DNA of 64,000 nt, from the IMG/VR virus record IMGVR_UViG_3300020577_004283, positions 4,987-68,986 of that record, one strand, 5' to 3'. The stretch is from a virus. Taxonomy: Duplodnaviria > Caudoviricetes. Of the stretch, positions 10,201 through 19,033 are shown piece after piece; positions within the stretch are counted from its first letter, which is position 1, and each line of letters begins with the position of its first letter. The notes below the pieces were generated by a model. The model did no database searches and was not told the origin of the DNA. It saw nothing but the letters and a program-made list of their open reading frames with translations. A program made the translations under genes and the position numbers.

Positions 10201-11244
10201 ATGCGCAATCCTGATCTGATCCGGCTCGAGAGCCTGTTCGGCATCCACATCCCCGAGGTCAACGATTTTCTGAACCCAATGCTGGCTCAGGACTTTCGCT
10301 TGGCGATGGACGCCCAACCTGGGCTGGTGACCGTTTCCAACTCGGGCATCCCGTCCTATCTCACCAACTACATCGATCCGAAGCTGATCGAAGTCCTGGT
10401 GTCCCCCAACAAGGCCGCCGTCATCCTGGGCGAGGTCAAGAAGGGCGACTGGACGACGCTGACGGCGACGTTCCCTGTGGTCGAACACACCGGCGAAGTC
10501 TCCAGCTATGGCGACTGGAACAACAACGGTTCGACCGGCGCCAACACCAACTTCCCTCAGCGGCAGTCGTATCACTACCAGACGATGACGCAGTGGGGCG
10601 AGCGACAGCTGGAGATGGCGGCCCAGGCCAAGATCGACTGGGCGTCGCGTCTGAACATCGCCAGCGTGATGGTGCTCGACAAGTTCCAGAACCAGTCCTA
10701 CTTCTTCGGCGTCGGCGGTCTGCAGAACTATGGTCTGTTGAACGACCCGAGCCTGTCCGCGGCACTGACTCCGGCAGTCAAGGCTGCCGGTGGTGTGGCC
10801 TGGATCAATTCGGCTGGTCAGATCATCGCGACGGCCAACGAGATCTACGCCGATATCCAGGCGCTGTTCATTCAGTTGACAGCGCAGGGCAACGGCTTGA
10901 TCGAAGCTGGCTCCTCGATGTGTCTGGCGATGTCTCCGACGGCCTCGGTTGCTTTGACGGCGACCAACAGCTACAACGTCAACGTCTACGACCTGCTGAA
11001 GAAGAACTTTCCGAACATCCGGTTCGAAACGGCTCCTCAGTATGCGACGGCGGCGGGACAGCTGGTTCAGCTCATCGCGTCGGAGGTCGAAGGTCAGGAG
11101 ACCGGCTACTGCGCCTTCACCGAGAAGCTGCGTGCCCACGCCATCGTCAAGGAGACGTCGGCGTTCAAGCAGAAGAAGTCGCAGGGGACCTGGGGGGCCA
11201 TCATCTTCCAGCCGTTCGCCATCGCGGCGATGTTGGGAGTCTGA
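10201..11244 (+). CDS. major capsid protein (DUF2184-like)
   Basis: 347 aa, strongly biased codons; GDWT...FPVVE.TGE..SYGD and GLLNDP motifs; N-terminal AMDAQP. Confidence 0.9.
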   Translation: MRNPDLIRLESLFGIHIPEVNDFLNPMLAQDFRLAMDAQPGLVTVSNSGIPSYLTNYIDPKLIEVLVSPNKAAVILGEVKKGDWTTLTATFPVVEHTGEVSSYGDWNNNGSTGANTNFPQRQSYHYQTMTQWGERQLEMAAQAKIDWASRLNIASVMVLDKFQNQSYFFGVGGLQNYGLLNDPSLSAALTPAVKAAGGVAWINSAGQIIATANEIYADIQALFIQLTAQGNGLIEAGSSMCLAMSPTASVALTATNSYNVNVYDLLKKNFPNIRFETAPQYATAAGQLVQLIASEVEGQETGYCAFTEKLRAHAIVKETSAFKQKKSQGTWGAIIFQPFAIAAMLGV

Positions 11245-11248
11245 GTCC

Positions 11249-11611
11249 ATGGCGAGCACTGACACTGTCACGGTTGCCTGCAAGTTGCCGAACGGCCTCC
11301 ATCTCGACGTGAACGGGTTCGATCGTGTCACCATCAAGGGGAACGCTCTCCCCTTCGGTGAGTCTGCGGTCGACTACCGAATCGTCGGCGGCTACGCTCT
11401 GACCCCCGGAGTGCCTCGGGATCTCTGGGACGCATGGCTGAAGGACCGGACTACGATGGACATCATCGTGAAGGGGATCGTGTTTGCGCAGGAGAAGCCT
11501 GCCGACGTGGTCGCTGAAGCGAAGAACGGCGCCAAGGTGATCACTGGTCTGGAACCGATCGATCCCGACAAGCCGGGCAATGGCCTGGAGCGGGTTCCGG
11601 TGGGCGGCTGA
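11249..11611 (+). CDS. conserved virion-associated protein
   Basis: ATG 11249 (MASTDTVTVACKLPNGL); position after the major capsid gene. Confidence 0.7.
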   Translation: MASTDTVTVACKLPNGLHLDVNGFDRVTIKGNALPFGESAVDYRIVGGYALTPGVPRDLWDAWLKDRTTMDIIVKGIVFAQEKPADVVAEAKNGAKVITGLEPIDPDKPGNGLERVPVGG

Positions 11612-11613
11612 AC

Positions 11614-12060
11614 ATGACCGTTGTCCCGTTCGATTATTCCTGGTGGTCAGATCGGTATCCCGAGCTGGCTACATACACGCCAGCGATGGTGGCGGAGGGA
11701 TACTTTGAACAGGCAACGGGCTTGTTGGACAACACCAATCTGAGTCCTGTCACTGACTTCACTCGGCGACAGGTTCTTCTCGGGTTGCTCACTTCGCACA
11801 TCGCTGCTTTGTTTGCACCAGTGAACGGCCAACCTTCTCCACAGGCTGTTGGTCGTATCGCTAGTGCGAGCGAAGGTTCAGTCTCTGTCTCTTTTGATTT
11901 CACCACCCCACCGGGGGCGGAGTGGTATGCCCAGACCAAGTATGGGATGACATACTGGACGTCCACGACCCGCTATCGCACTATGCGGTATTACCCTGGC
12001 CCGACTCCGTTTCGCCAGTTTGGTGGGCGTTGGGGCGGCTCTGGATATGGGGGTTGGTGA
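11614..12060 (+). CDS. head-tail adaptor (DUF4054-like)
   Basis: LLTSHIAAL...GRIASASEGSVSVSF...WYAQTKYG motif. Confidence 0.85.
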   Translation: MTVVPFDYSWWSDRYPELATYTPAMVAEGYFEQATGLLDNTNLSPVTDFTRRQVLLGLLTSHIAALFAPVNGQPSPQAVGRIASASEGSVSVSFDFTTPPGAEWYAQTKYGMTYWTSTTRYRTMRYYPGPTPFRQFGGRWGGSGYGGW

Positions 12061-12506
12061 TGGCTGAGATAAAGGGCGGCGAAAAGTTCAAAGCTGTTCT
12101 TCACAGCATGGAGAGCAAATTAGAAGGTTTGCCGACCGTGAAGGTCGGGTTCATGGAAAACTCAACGTATCCAGACGGGACATCGGTCCCGATGGTTGCT
12201 GCGTTGAACGAATTTGGTGTTCCATCGAAGGGTCAGCCTCCTCGCCCGTTCTTTCGGCGGATGGTTCGTGACAAAGGTCCGACGTGGCCTGCTGGTGTCG
12301 CGACCCAACTGAAAGATACCGACTACAATGTTCCGCTGACACTACAACGTGTCGGCCAAGGGATCAAGGGACAACTTCAGGCTTCCATTCGCGATCTCAC
12401 TGATCCGCCGCTGGCACCGTCGACGATCGCCCGTAAGGGTTTCTCCAAACCGCTGATCGACACTGGCGTGATGTTGAACAGTGTGGATTACGAGGTCGAC
12501 GTATGA
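12060..12506 (+). CDS. neck / tail-completion protein
   Basis: VKVGF...YPDGT...EFG...PPRPFFR...PLAPSTIARKG.SKPLIDTG motifs; ATG 12060 overlaps the upstream stop. Confidence 0.8.
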   Translation: MAEIKGGEKFKAVLHSMESKLEGLPTVKVGFMENSTYPDGTSVPMVAALNEFGVPSKGQPPRPFFRRMVRDKGPTWPAGVATQLKDTDYNVPLTLQRVGQGIKGQLQASIRDLTDPPLAPSTIARKGFSKPLIDTGVMLNSVDYEVDV

Positions 12507-12619
12507 CCGTATATACAGCCCGTTTACAGGCCGCTACAGCCGCCCTTGGCGCGGGGGTAACTACCCTAGCGGCGCCTAGCGTGGGCGCCGTTGGTAACGA
12601 CTGGGGGGCTGGACAATGA
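12503..12619 (+). CDS. 38-aa mini-ORF bridging two neck genes via ATGA overlaps at both ends
   Basis: ATG 12503 overlaps TGA 12504-06; its TGA 12617-19 overlaps ATG 12616; no internal stop. Confidence 0.45.
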   Translation: MTVYTARLQAATAALGAGVTTLAAPSVGAVGNDWGAGQ

Positions 12620-12984
12620 ACCTGCACGGTATAGCCTCCGCCGCTATCGGCGTGGTCAACCCGTTCCGGACTGCCGACCTTTGGGTCAGCACTGGCTACA
12701 CGATTGCGGACGATGGCTCCCAGGTTCCGACATACAAGATCTATCCGTCTGTCCAGGTCCAGCTACAAGAACAAAACAACGCCGAGCTGCGACAGGACCA
12801 GAGCCTGAACATTCAGGGCGACACGAAGAACGTCTATCTGAACGGACAGTGGTCAGGTATTCTCCGACCCGAACGCAAAGGTGGCGATCTTTTGGTCATC
12901 GATGGCCAAAAGTGGCTTGTTACAACCGCGTCAGAAATCTGGCCGGATTGGAGCAAGTTGGTTGTGACACTCCAGAACCCGTAA
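12616..12984 (+). CDS. head closure / head-tail joining protein
   Basis: MNLHGIASAAIGVVNP...GGDLL...W.V...EIWPDW pattern in the neck gene block. Confidence 0.75.
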   Translation: MNLHGIASAAIGVVNPFRTADLWVSTGYTIADDGSQVPTYKIYPSVQVQLQEQNNAELRQDQSLNIQGDTKNVYLNGQWSGILRPERKGGDLLVIDGQKWLVTTASEIWPDWSKLVVTLQNP

Positions 12985-12993
12985 GGACAGAAG

Positions 12994-13515
12994 ATGCCCA
13001 CTCCCGTTTTCACCACTCCCGGTGCGCAGATCCCGATCACTCAGGACCTGATGACGTTTTCGTATGCTGTGACCGGTGGCACCATGCAGGGTGTCGCGAC
13101 CAAGACGCCGGATGGCACGACTCGTGCGGTGGGCCTGGCGTTCGTGGCCAACAGCAACTTGCCGAACGCCAAATTCACTTCGATCAACGTCACGACCGGC
13201 GCGTTGGCCGCTGGCACCATCACTGGTGCCAACAACGTCTATCTGATGTCGACGAACGCGACCCCTGGCAATCAGCAGGTCCGTTCCGCGGCACAGATGT
13301 TGGCCGACACGAACCAGGTCGCCGGCTATTCCTACACCCTGCGCATCACCAACACCGGCGCTGGCACCCTGACTCTGGTGGCCGATGCCGGTGCGACCGT
13401 GACCCTGACTGGAACGATGACCGTTCCGCAGAACACGTTCCGTGACTTTGTTGTGACCTTCCCGACGACCACCACTGCGGTCATCCAGGCGACCGGCGTC
13501 GGAACCTACTCGTAA
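12994..13515 (+). CDS. probable virion structural protein (Thr/Ala-rich beta protein)
   Basis: RBS AAGGA, highly expressed codon usage, inserted in the neck block. Confidence 0.6.
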   Translation: MPTPVFTTPGAQIPITQDLMTFSYAVTGGTMQGVATKTPDGTTRAVGLAFVANSNLPNAKFTSINVTTGALAAGTITGANNVYLMSTNATPGNQQVRSAAQMLADTNQVAGYSYTLRITNTGAGTLTLVADAGATVTLTGTMTVPQNTFRDFVVTFPTTTTAVIQATGVGTYS

Positions 13516-13519
13516 CGAC

Positions 13520-14236
13520 ATGGCAGCACTCGTCGACTTTGGAGAAGATGTAATTCTCACGGCGGTCAGGAGCGTGCTCACCACGCTTCTACCCCCGGAC
13601 GTCGACGTGATCCGTGGTCAGGTCAATCGGGTTCCGGAACCTCGTGGTAACAACTTCGTTGTCATGACACCCACCATGAGAACGAGGTTGTCCACGAACA
13701 TTGACTCCGTCACTGACACCATTGTCAGTGGGTCTGTTTCCAAAAACGTCCTGATTGTGGATGACATTGTTGACGGTGTTCTTCGTGTTGGCCAAATGGT
13801 GTTTGGGGGTGGGTTGCCTTTGAACGCTGCGATCCAGGCTTTCGGGACAGGTTCCGGGGGGGTGGGGACCTACTCGTTGAATGTTTCGGCTGAAATCACA
13901 TCGACGGTGTTCTACGCTGGTGTTAAGACAGCCATGGCTCCCAGTGAATATCGGCTGCAACTGGACTTTCATGGTCCTCTGGGTGACCAGAATGCCCAGA
14001 TTGCGTCTACGATGTTTCGTGATGAGTATGCCTGCTCGCTGATGCCGCCTGATGTCCAGCCGCTCTATGCTGATGATCCGAAACAAATCCCATTCATCAA
14101 CGGCGAACGGCAATATGAAAACCGGTGGACTCTTGACTTAATGCTGCAGACCAATCAGACCGTGATTGTTCCTCAGCAGTTTGCAGACCAGTTGTTCGCC
14201 GGTCTGATCAACGTTGATGTTGTCTATCCTCCATAG
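13520..14236 (+). CDS. tail terminator / neck protein with an inserted beta module
   Basis: VIRGQVNRVPEP and QLDFHG...QPLYADDPKQ.PFINGE.QYE.RW motifs; precedes the sheath. Confidence 0.75.
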   Translation: MAALVDFGEDVILTAVRSVLTTLLPPDVDVIRGQVNRVPEPRGNNFVVMTPTMRTRLSTNIDSVTDTIVSGSVSKNVLIVDDIVDGVLRVGQMVFGGGLPLNAAIQAFGTGSGGVGTYSLNVSAEITSTVFYAGVKTAMAPSEYRLQLDFHGPLGDQNAQIASTMFRDEYACSLMPPDVQPLYADDPKQIPFINGERQYENRWTLDLMLQTNQTVIVPQQFADQLFAGLINVDVVYPP

Positions 14237-14247
14237 GAGCACGGTAT

Positions 14248-15978
14248 ATGTCCGGCAGTGCAATTCCGGCCTCGGCAATCGTTTCGGTCATTCCGAGTGT
14301 CATCAGTGCTGGTGGCAACGCTCTCGATCTGAACGGGTTGCTGCTCACACGAAACACCCGAGTGCCCATTGGGTCCGTGGTGTCGTTCTCTTCTCAGGCT
14401 GATGTTGCCTCGTATTTCGGGGCGACGTCGACTGAGGCCAACGCTGCCAGCAACTATTTCTTGGGGTTCGACAACTCGAACGCCAAGCCGGGGGCGATGC
14501 TGTTTTTTCAGTATAACTCGACAGCAGTTCGCGCCTACATGCGCGGCGGTGCTCTGACTGCGGCGAACCTGGCTCAGCTGATCACCTTGACCGGCACGAT
14601 CAGCATCACAATCGATGGTGTCGTTCGCACCAGCTCCTCGGTCAATCTGACCAGTGCGACGTCGTTCTCGGACGTTGCTGAGTTGGTCACTGTTGGTCTA
14701 AATCTTGCTGGTCCGGCCCAGGCGTCTGTCACAGCGGCCATCTCTGGTACGACGATGACGGTATCGGCCGTGGCCTCGGGCACACTGGCGGTCGGCCAGG
14801 AGGTCCGCGGTGTGGGTGTCACAGCAGGCACCCTGATCACTGCTCTGGGAACCGGTGTCGGTGGCACTGGAACTTACACTGTCGGGATCAGTCAAACAGT
14901 GGGCAGCAGTGCGCTGACCACCAACACTCCGCTGATCACGTTTGACTCTGTTTCGCAAGCGTTCCTGGTTCAGTCGCCCACCACTGGTGCGTCTTCGACC
15001 ATGGGTTATGCTACTGGCCTTCTTGGCCCACAGATGAAGCTGAATGCGATCCAGGGTGCTGTTCTTTCGCAGGGTGCGGCTGCGACTAGCCCTTCGGCCG
15101 CGATGAACACGATCGTTTCCCAGACCCAGAACTGGGCAACGTTCACCACCGCGTTTGATCCTGATGCGTCGGGCTTTGCTCAGAAGCAGCTTTTCGCTGA
15201 CTGGGTCAACGCTCAGAACAGCCGGTATCTCTACATTCCGTTCGACACCGACGTGTCCCCGACACAGTCGAACAACGCGACCAGTTCCTTCGGCGCCGCG
15301 TTGAAGAACGCTAACTACACTGGTGTCGAATTGGTCTGGGCGTCCAGCACCCTTGTCGGCATCGCCTTGTGTTCGTTTCAGATGGGTGCTATCGCATCCA
15401 TCGACTTCACGCAGACCGATGGCCGGGCGACGATGGCATTCCGTTCCCAGACAGGGATCGCTGCCGATGTTGTCAACCAGACGGTGGCTGACAATTTGAT
15501 CGCCAATGGCTACAATTTCTACGGGGAGTATGCCACGGCGGACGATCAGTTCATCTTCTTCTACCCTGGTTCCATGATTGGCCCATATCTCTGGGTCGAC
15601 AGCTACATCAACCAGATCTGGTTGAACAACCAGTTCCAGTTGGCACTGATGGTGCTGCTGGTGCAGATGAAGTCGATTCCCTACAATCAGCAGGGTTATA
15701 CGCTGATCAAGGCTGCTCTACAGGATCCGATCAACCAAGGTCTCAACTTCGGTGCCTTCCGTGCTGGAGTGACTCTGTCCAACGCCCAAGCGGCGGAAGT
15801 GAACATCGCCGCTGGTGTCAAGATCAGTGACACCCTCAGCACCCAAGGGTGGTATCTCCAAGTGAAAGATGCCATTCCACAGGTCCGGGCTGCGCGTGGT
15901 TCTCCTCCCTGCACGTTCTGGTATATGGACGGTCAGTCGGTCCAGAAGATCAACCTGGGCTCTGTGAACGTTCAGTAA
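14248..15978 (+). CDS. contractile tail sheath protein (DUF3383-like)
   Basis: IPASAIVSVIPSVI, QNWATF, GYNFYG, IPYNQQG and WYMDGQSVQKI motifs. Confidence 0.9.
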   Translation: MSGSAIPASAIVSVIPSVISAGGNALDLNGLLLTRNTRVPIGSVVSFSSQADVASYFGATSTEANAASNYFLGFDNSNAKPGAMLFFQYNSTAVRAYMRGGALTAANLAQLITLTGTISITIDGVVRTSSSVNLTSATSFSDVAELVTVGLNLAGPAQASVTAAISGTTMTVSAVASGTLAVGQEVRGVGVTAGTLITALGTGVGGTGTYTVGISQTVGSSALTTNTPLITFDSVSQAFLVQSPTTGASSTMGYATGLLGPQMKLNAIQGAVLSQGAAATSPSAAMNTIVSQTQNWATFTTAFDPDASGFAQKQLFADWVNAQNSRYLYIPFDTDVSPTQSNNATSSFGAALKNANYTGVELVWASSTLVGIALCSFQMGAIASIDFTQTDGRATMAFRSQTGIAADVVNQTVADNLIANGYNFYGEYATADDQFIFFYPGSMIGPYLWVDSYINQIWLNNQFQLALMVLLVQMKSIPYNQQGYTLIKAALQDPINQGLNFGAFRAGVTLSNAQAAEVNIAAGVKISDTLSTQGWYLQVKDAIPQVRAARGSPPCTFWYMDGQSVQKINLGSVNVQ

Positions 15979-15990
15979 GGAGACGAAACA

Positions 15991-16422
15991 ATGGCCACGA
16001 TTACCGCAGCCAACTCGATTTACATGTTGGTGATCCCGTTGCTGTTTCCTGTTCCGCAGCAACTCCAGGGCTACAGCGCCGACGACGTGTTTACCACTGA
16101 CCCGGTTGAGCCTGTCGAAGTCATGATGGGTGTGGATGGCATTCTGTCGGGCGGGTGGACGCCCACCCCGAAGCCACAATCCATTAGTCTGCAGGCCGAC
16201 TCCCAGTCGAACTTGATCTTCGACACTTGGTTTTCTGCGCAACAGGCGGCGAACGACGCCTACATTGCACAGGCGACCATCACGTTGCCGTCCATCAATC
16301 GTCAGTATGTCTGCACCAGAGGGTTTCTGACTAGCTACCAGGCCATCCCCTCTGTGCGTCGGGTTCTCCAACCCCGGCAGTTTCGCATCACATGGGAGTC
16401 TATCGTGGGGGCTGCCCTGTGA
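15991..16422 (+). CDS. tail tube protein
   Basis: 143 aa directly after the sheath; TITAANS...LQGYSADD...MGVDG.LSGG...LQADS motifs. Confidence 0.85.
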   Translation: MATITAANSIYMLVIPLLFPVPQQLQGYSADDVFTTDPVEPVEVMMGVDGILSGGWTPTPKPQSISLQADSQSNLIFDTWFSAQQAANDAYIAQATITLPSINRQYVCTRGFLTSYQAIPSVRRVLQPRQFRITWESIVGAAL

Positions 16423-16892
16423 GGAAAGAAACTATAGTCACGATCACCAGCTCTGGTCGTGATCAGGGCAAGACGTTTTTCATCAAGGAGATGAGCGCGC
16501 TGGCCGCCGAGTCCTGGGGTGCACGAGCTGTTTTGTGTTTGGCCAAGTCCAACCCGGAGCTGCCTGAGGATTATGCTTCGTTGGGTTTGGCTGGCCTCAT
16601 GGCCTTCGGTATCCGGGCGTTGGCCGGGATGCCTTGGTCTGAAGCCAAACCGCTCCTTGATGAGATGCTTTCCTGCGTAACGGTCATTCCTGACCCGACT
16701 CGCCCGCAGGTCAAGCGGCAGCTGATCGAGGATGATATCGAGGAGATCGGCACGTTGCTGCAACTCCGGGACGAGGTGATCAATCTTCACACGGGTTTTT
16801 CAATCGCCGTCTTTTGCTCGGGATTGAAGGGGCAGCAGACGGCGACACAAGTGGAAAGCAGTGGGCCAGCTACCGGAACATCTCAAGGATAG
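16419..16892 (+). CDS. tail assembly chaperone (G-like)
   Basis: GRDQGKTFFIKEMSA...DIEEI.TLLQLR pattern; located between tube and tape measure. Confidence 0.8.
   Translation: MRKETIVTITSSGRDQGKTFFIKEMSALAAESWGARAVLCLAKSNPELPEDYASLGLAGLMAFGIRALAGMPWSEAKPLLDEMLSCVTVIPDPTRPQVKRQLIEDDIEEIGTLLQLRDEVINLHTGFSIAVFCSGLKGQQTATQVESSGPATGTSQG
16793..16799 (+). other. putative -1 ribosomal frameshift heptamer G GGT TTT
   Basis: X XXY YYZ in the chaperone frame; the -1 frame is open into ORF 16814-17029. Confidence 0.6.
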
Positions 16893-17029
16893 TTGGTGAG
16901 GTCGTTTCTGCCAGATTGGCCACACTACACGAGTTGGACACAGTCTACAGTAACGAAGATCTTCACCTACTCTGGGAAATCGTTGCAGTAGATAACTACA
17001 ACAAATGGCTGGCCACCAAAAAGGACTGA
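16814..17029 (+). CDS. tail chaperone T-like segment (probably expressed as a frameshift fusion)
   Basis: LATLHELDTVYS.EDL..LWEI..VD motif; overlaps the chaperone gene in the -1 frame. Confidence 0.7.
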   Translation: MLGIEGAADGDTSGKQWASYRNISRIVGEVVSARLATLHELDTVYSNEDLHLLWEIVAVDNYNKWLATKKD

Positions 17030-17032
17030 CCG

Positions 17033-19033
17033 ATGCCCACGGTTATCGACGAACTCATTGTTCGTATCGGCCTTGACGCCGGCGAGTTTCGTCGTGGCTC
17101 TAAAGTCGCTCAGGATGAAACGAAACGCACCCGCGAAATTGTTGTTAAGTCTGCTAAAGAGATCGAGTCAGCCGGTATGCAGGCTGCTCATTTCTTCACC
17201 AAACTTCGCAATGAGGCGCTTGCGCTCTTTGGTCTGTTCATGGCAGGCCAGGGCTTCAAAACGTTCATTCTCAACACGACAGCTGCTGAAGCAGCCGCTG
17301 GTCGACTTGCCAAAAACATCGGTATGTCGACGAAGGAACTTACTGCCTGGCAAGGTGCTGCAGAGCGCGCAGGCGGGTCTGCCTCTGCCACCGGGGCAAC
17401 GTTCCAGGGTCTCGTTCAAGGCTTTCAGCAGTTTGCCCTGACCGGGCAATCGTCAACCATTCCATACTTTCGCGCACTCGGCGTTGAGGTATCTGATCTT
17501 GAAGGTAACATGCGTCCTCTTAAGGACATCATGTTGGACCTGGCAGATCGGTTTAGTGGGATGTCCCCACAACGTGCCAATGCGTTCGGCGCTGGACTTG
17601 GTCTTGACCAAGGCACGATCAATCTTCTTCTGAAAGGACGCCAAGCCGTCCAGCAGTTGCTGGCAGAACAAGAGAAGCTCGGCACGATCAGCGACGAAGA
17701 CGCCAAGATTGGTGAAGAATTCCAGAAATCCCTGATGGATATCCAGCAGGTGATGACTACGTTGGGTCGTGAGATTGTCAACGTTCTTGCACCAGGGATC
17801 AAAAAGCTCCTTGAAATCTGGACTGATTGGATCGCCAAGAACCGCGAATGGTTGTCCTTAGAAATCGTCAAACGAGTCACGGACTTTGCAGTCGCAGCCG
17901 ATGCTGTTGCAACATCACTCGGTGGTTGGCTGAAAGTAACAGAAATTCTGTTCGGGTTGTGGCTTGGGTCTAAATTCCTTGCTGTGCTCGCTAACCTGAC
18001 TAAACTGGTGACCTTCTTGGCCGCTATACCGGGCACCGGTATAACTTCGGCGGTCCTAGCGCGACTGGGTATAGCGGCGTTGCCTTTGAGCTTGAAAGGT
18101 GACACCCAGAAGCCTGATGGTCCTGACCCCAACTATAATCGTGAAGAAGAGTCACGAAAAGTTGACGAGTGGTGGAAATCCCGCCCGACGTTGTCAGAAC
18201 GCCTTGGCATTCCTGGCGCTGCCCCCGCAGAACGTCGTCTCAGGGACATTCTACCACGTTGGCTTGGTGGCAATGAACCACGCACAGCCAACACACAGCT
18301 AAACGCCACACAAGAAGGTTTCTTGCGCACCCTCTCTGGACCGGAGTCACACGGAGCCTATAACGTCAAGAACGGTGGTGCTACTTTCTCCAGCTATGAC
18401 CAATTCCCAGAGGGTGTGTATCCTGGCGGAACTTCGACGGCTGCTGGACGGTATCAGTTCACATCTGGGACGTGGGAAGAAGTCGCTGGCGAACTTGGCT
18501 TGAAGGACTTCAGTCCGCAAAGTCAAGACATTGCTGCTTGGTATCTTGCACAACGTGAATATCGACAAAAAACAGGTGGTGATCTAGAGACCGATCTGCG
18601 GGCTGGGAAAACTGCACAGATCGCTGCTGCTTTGAAAGGTCGTTGGCCAACACTACCTGGTGGGTCACAATCTAAACAGTCTCAAAGTGATTTCGATCGA
18701 AATCTTTTGCTGAACATGCCAGACGCTGCCGGAACTCCCACTCCGCAACCGCCTGCTGGTCAGCGACCATTTCAAGCGCCAGTCGACCGCATCGTCCCAG
18801 GCGAACCCCCCGGTCGTCCTTTGTCAGGGATTGACCCGTCGCTCTTCAACAACCAGAATCTCGCGTCCCTTGGTGCTTCTCAAAGCTCGATCAATAACAG
18901 CAGTGAAACCAGCATCAATGGTCCGATCACTGTTCATACAGCCGCTACTGATGCGAACGGTATCGCTCGTGGTCTTGGTGATGCTCTTCGCCGTTACACC
19001 TTTGTGACCCAGGCCAACACAGGTCTCGCCTAA
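17033..19033 (+). CDS. tape measure protein with a lysozyme-like (lambda R / GH104-like) domain
   Basis: Helical N-terminus; ESHGAYNV...TAAGRYQF...TW...DFSPQSQDIAA lysozyme motif. Confidence 0.85.
   Translation: MPTVIDELIVRIGLDAGEFRRGSKVAQDETKRTREIVVKSAKEIESAGMQAAHFFTKLRNEALALFGLFMAGQGFKTFILNTTAAEAAAGRLAKNIGMSTKELTAWQGAAERAGGSASATGATFQGLVQGFQQFALTGQSSTIPYFRALGVEVSDLEGNMRPLKDIMLDLADRFSGMSPQRANAFGAGLGLDQGTINLLLKGRQAVQQLLAEQEKLGTISDEDAKIGEEFQKSLMDIQQVMTTLGREIVNVLAPGIKKLLEIWTDWIAKNREWLSLEIVKRVTDFAVAADAVATSLGGWLKVTEILFGLWLGSKFLAVLANLTKLVTFLAAIPGTGITSAVLARLGIAALPLSLKGDTQKPDGPDPNYNREEESRKVDEWWKSRPTLSERLGIPGAAPAERRLRDILPRWLGGNEPRTANTQLNATQEGFLRTLSGPESHGAYNVKNGGATFSSYDQFPEGVYPGGTSTAAGRYQFTSGTWEEVAGELGLKDFSPQSQDIAAWYLAQREYRQKTGGDLETDLRAGKTAQIAAALKGRWPTLPGGSQSKQSQSDFDRNLLLNMPDAAGTPTPQPPAGQRPFQAPVDRIVPGEPPGRPLSGIDPSLFNNQNLASLGASQSSINNSSETSINGPITVHTAATDANGIARGLGDALRRYTFVTQANTGLA

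Noticed and set aside
8140-11337. 1065-aa ORF on the - strand (and other long antisense ORFs such as 6901-7779 and 55686-56615)
   Set aside because: Antisense shadows of strongly codon-biased genes (scaffold, decoration, capsid, SSB); no motifs or RBS
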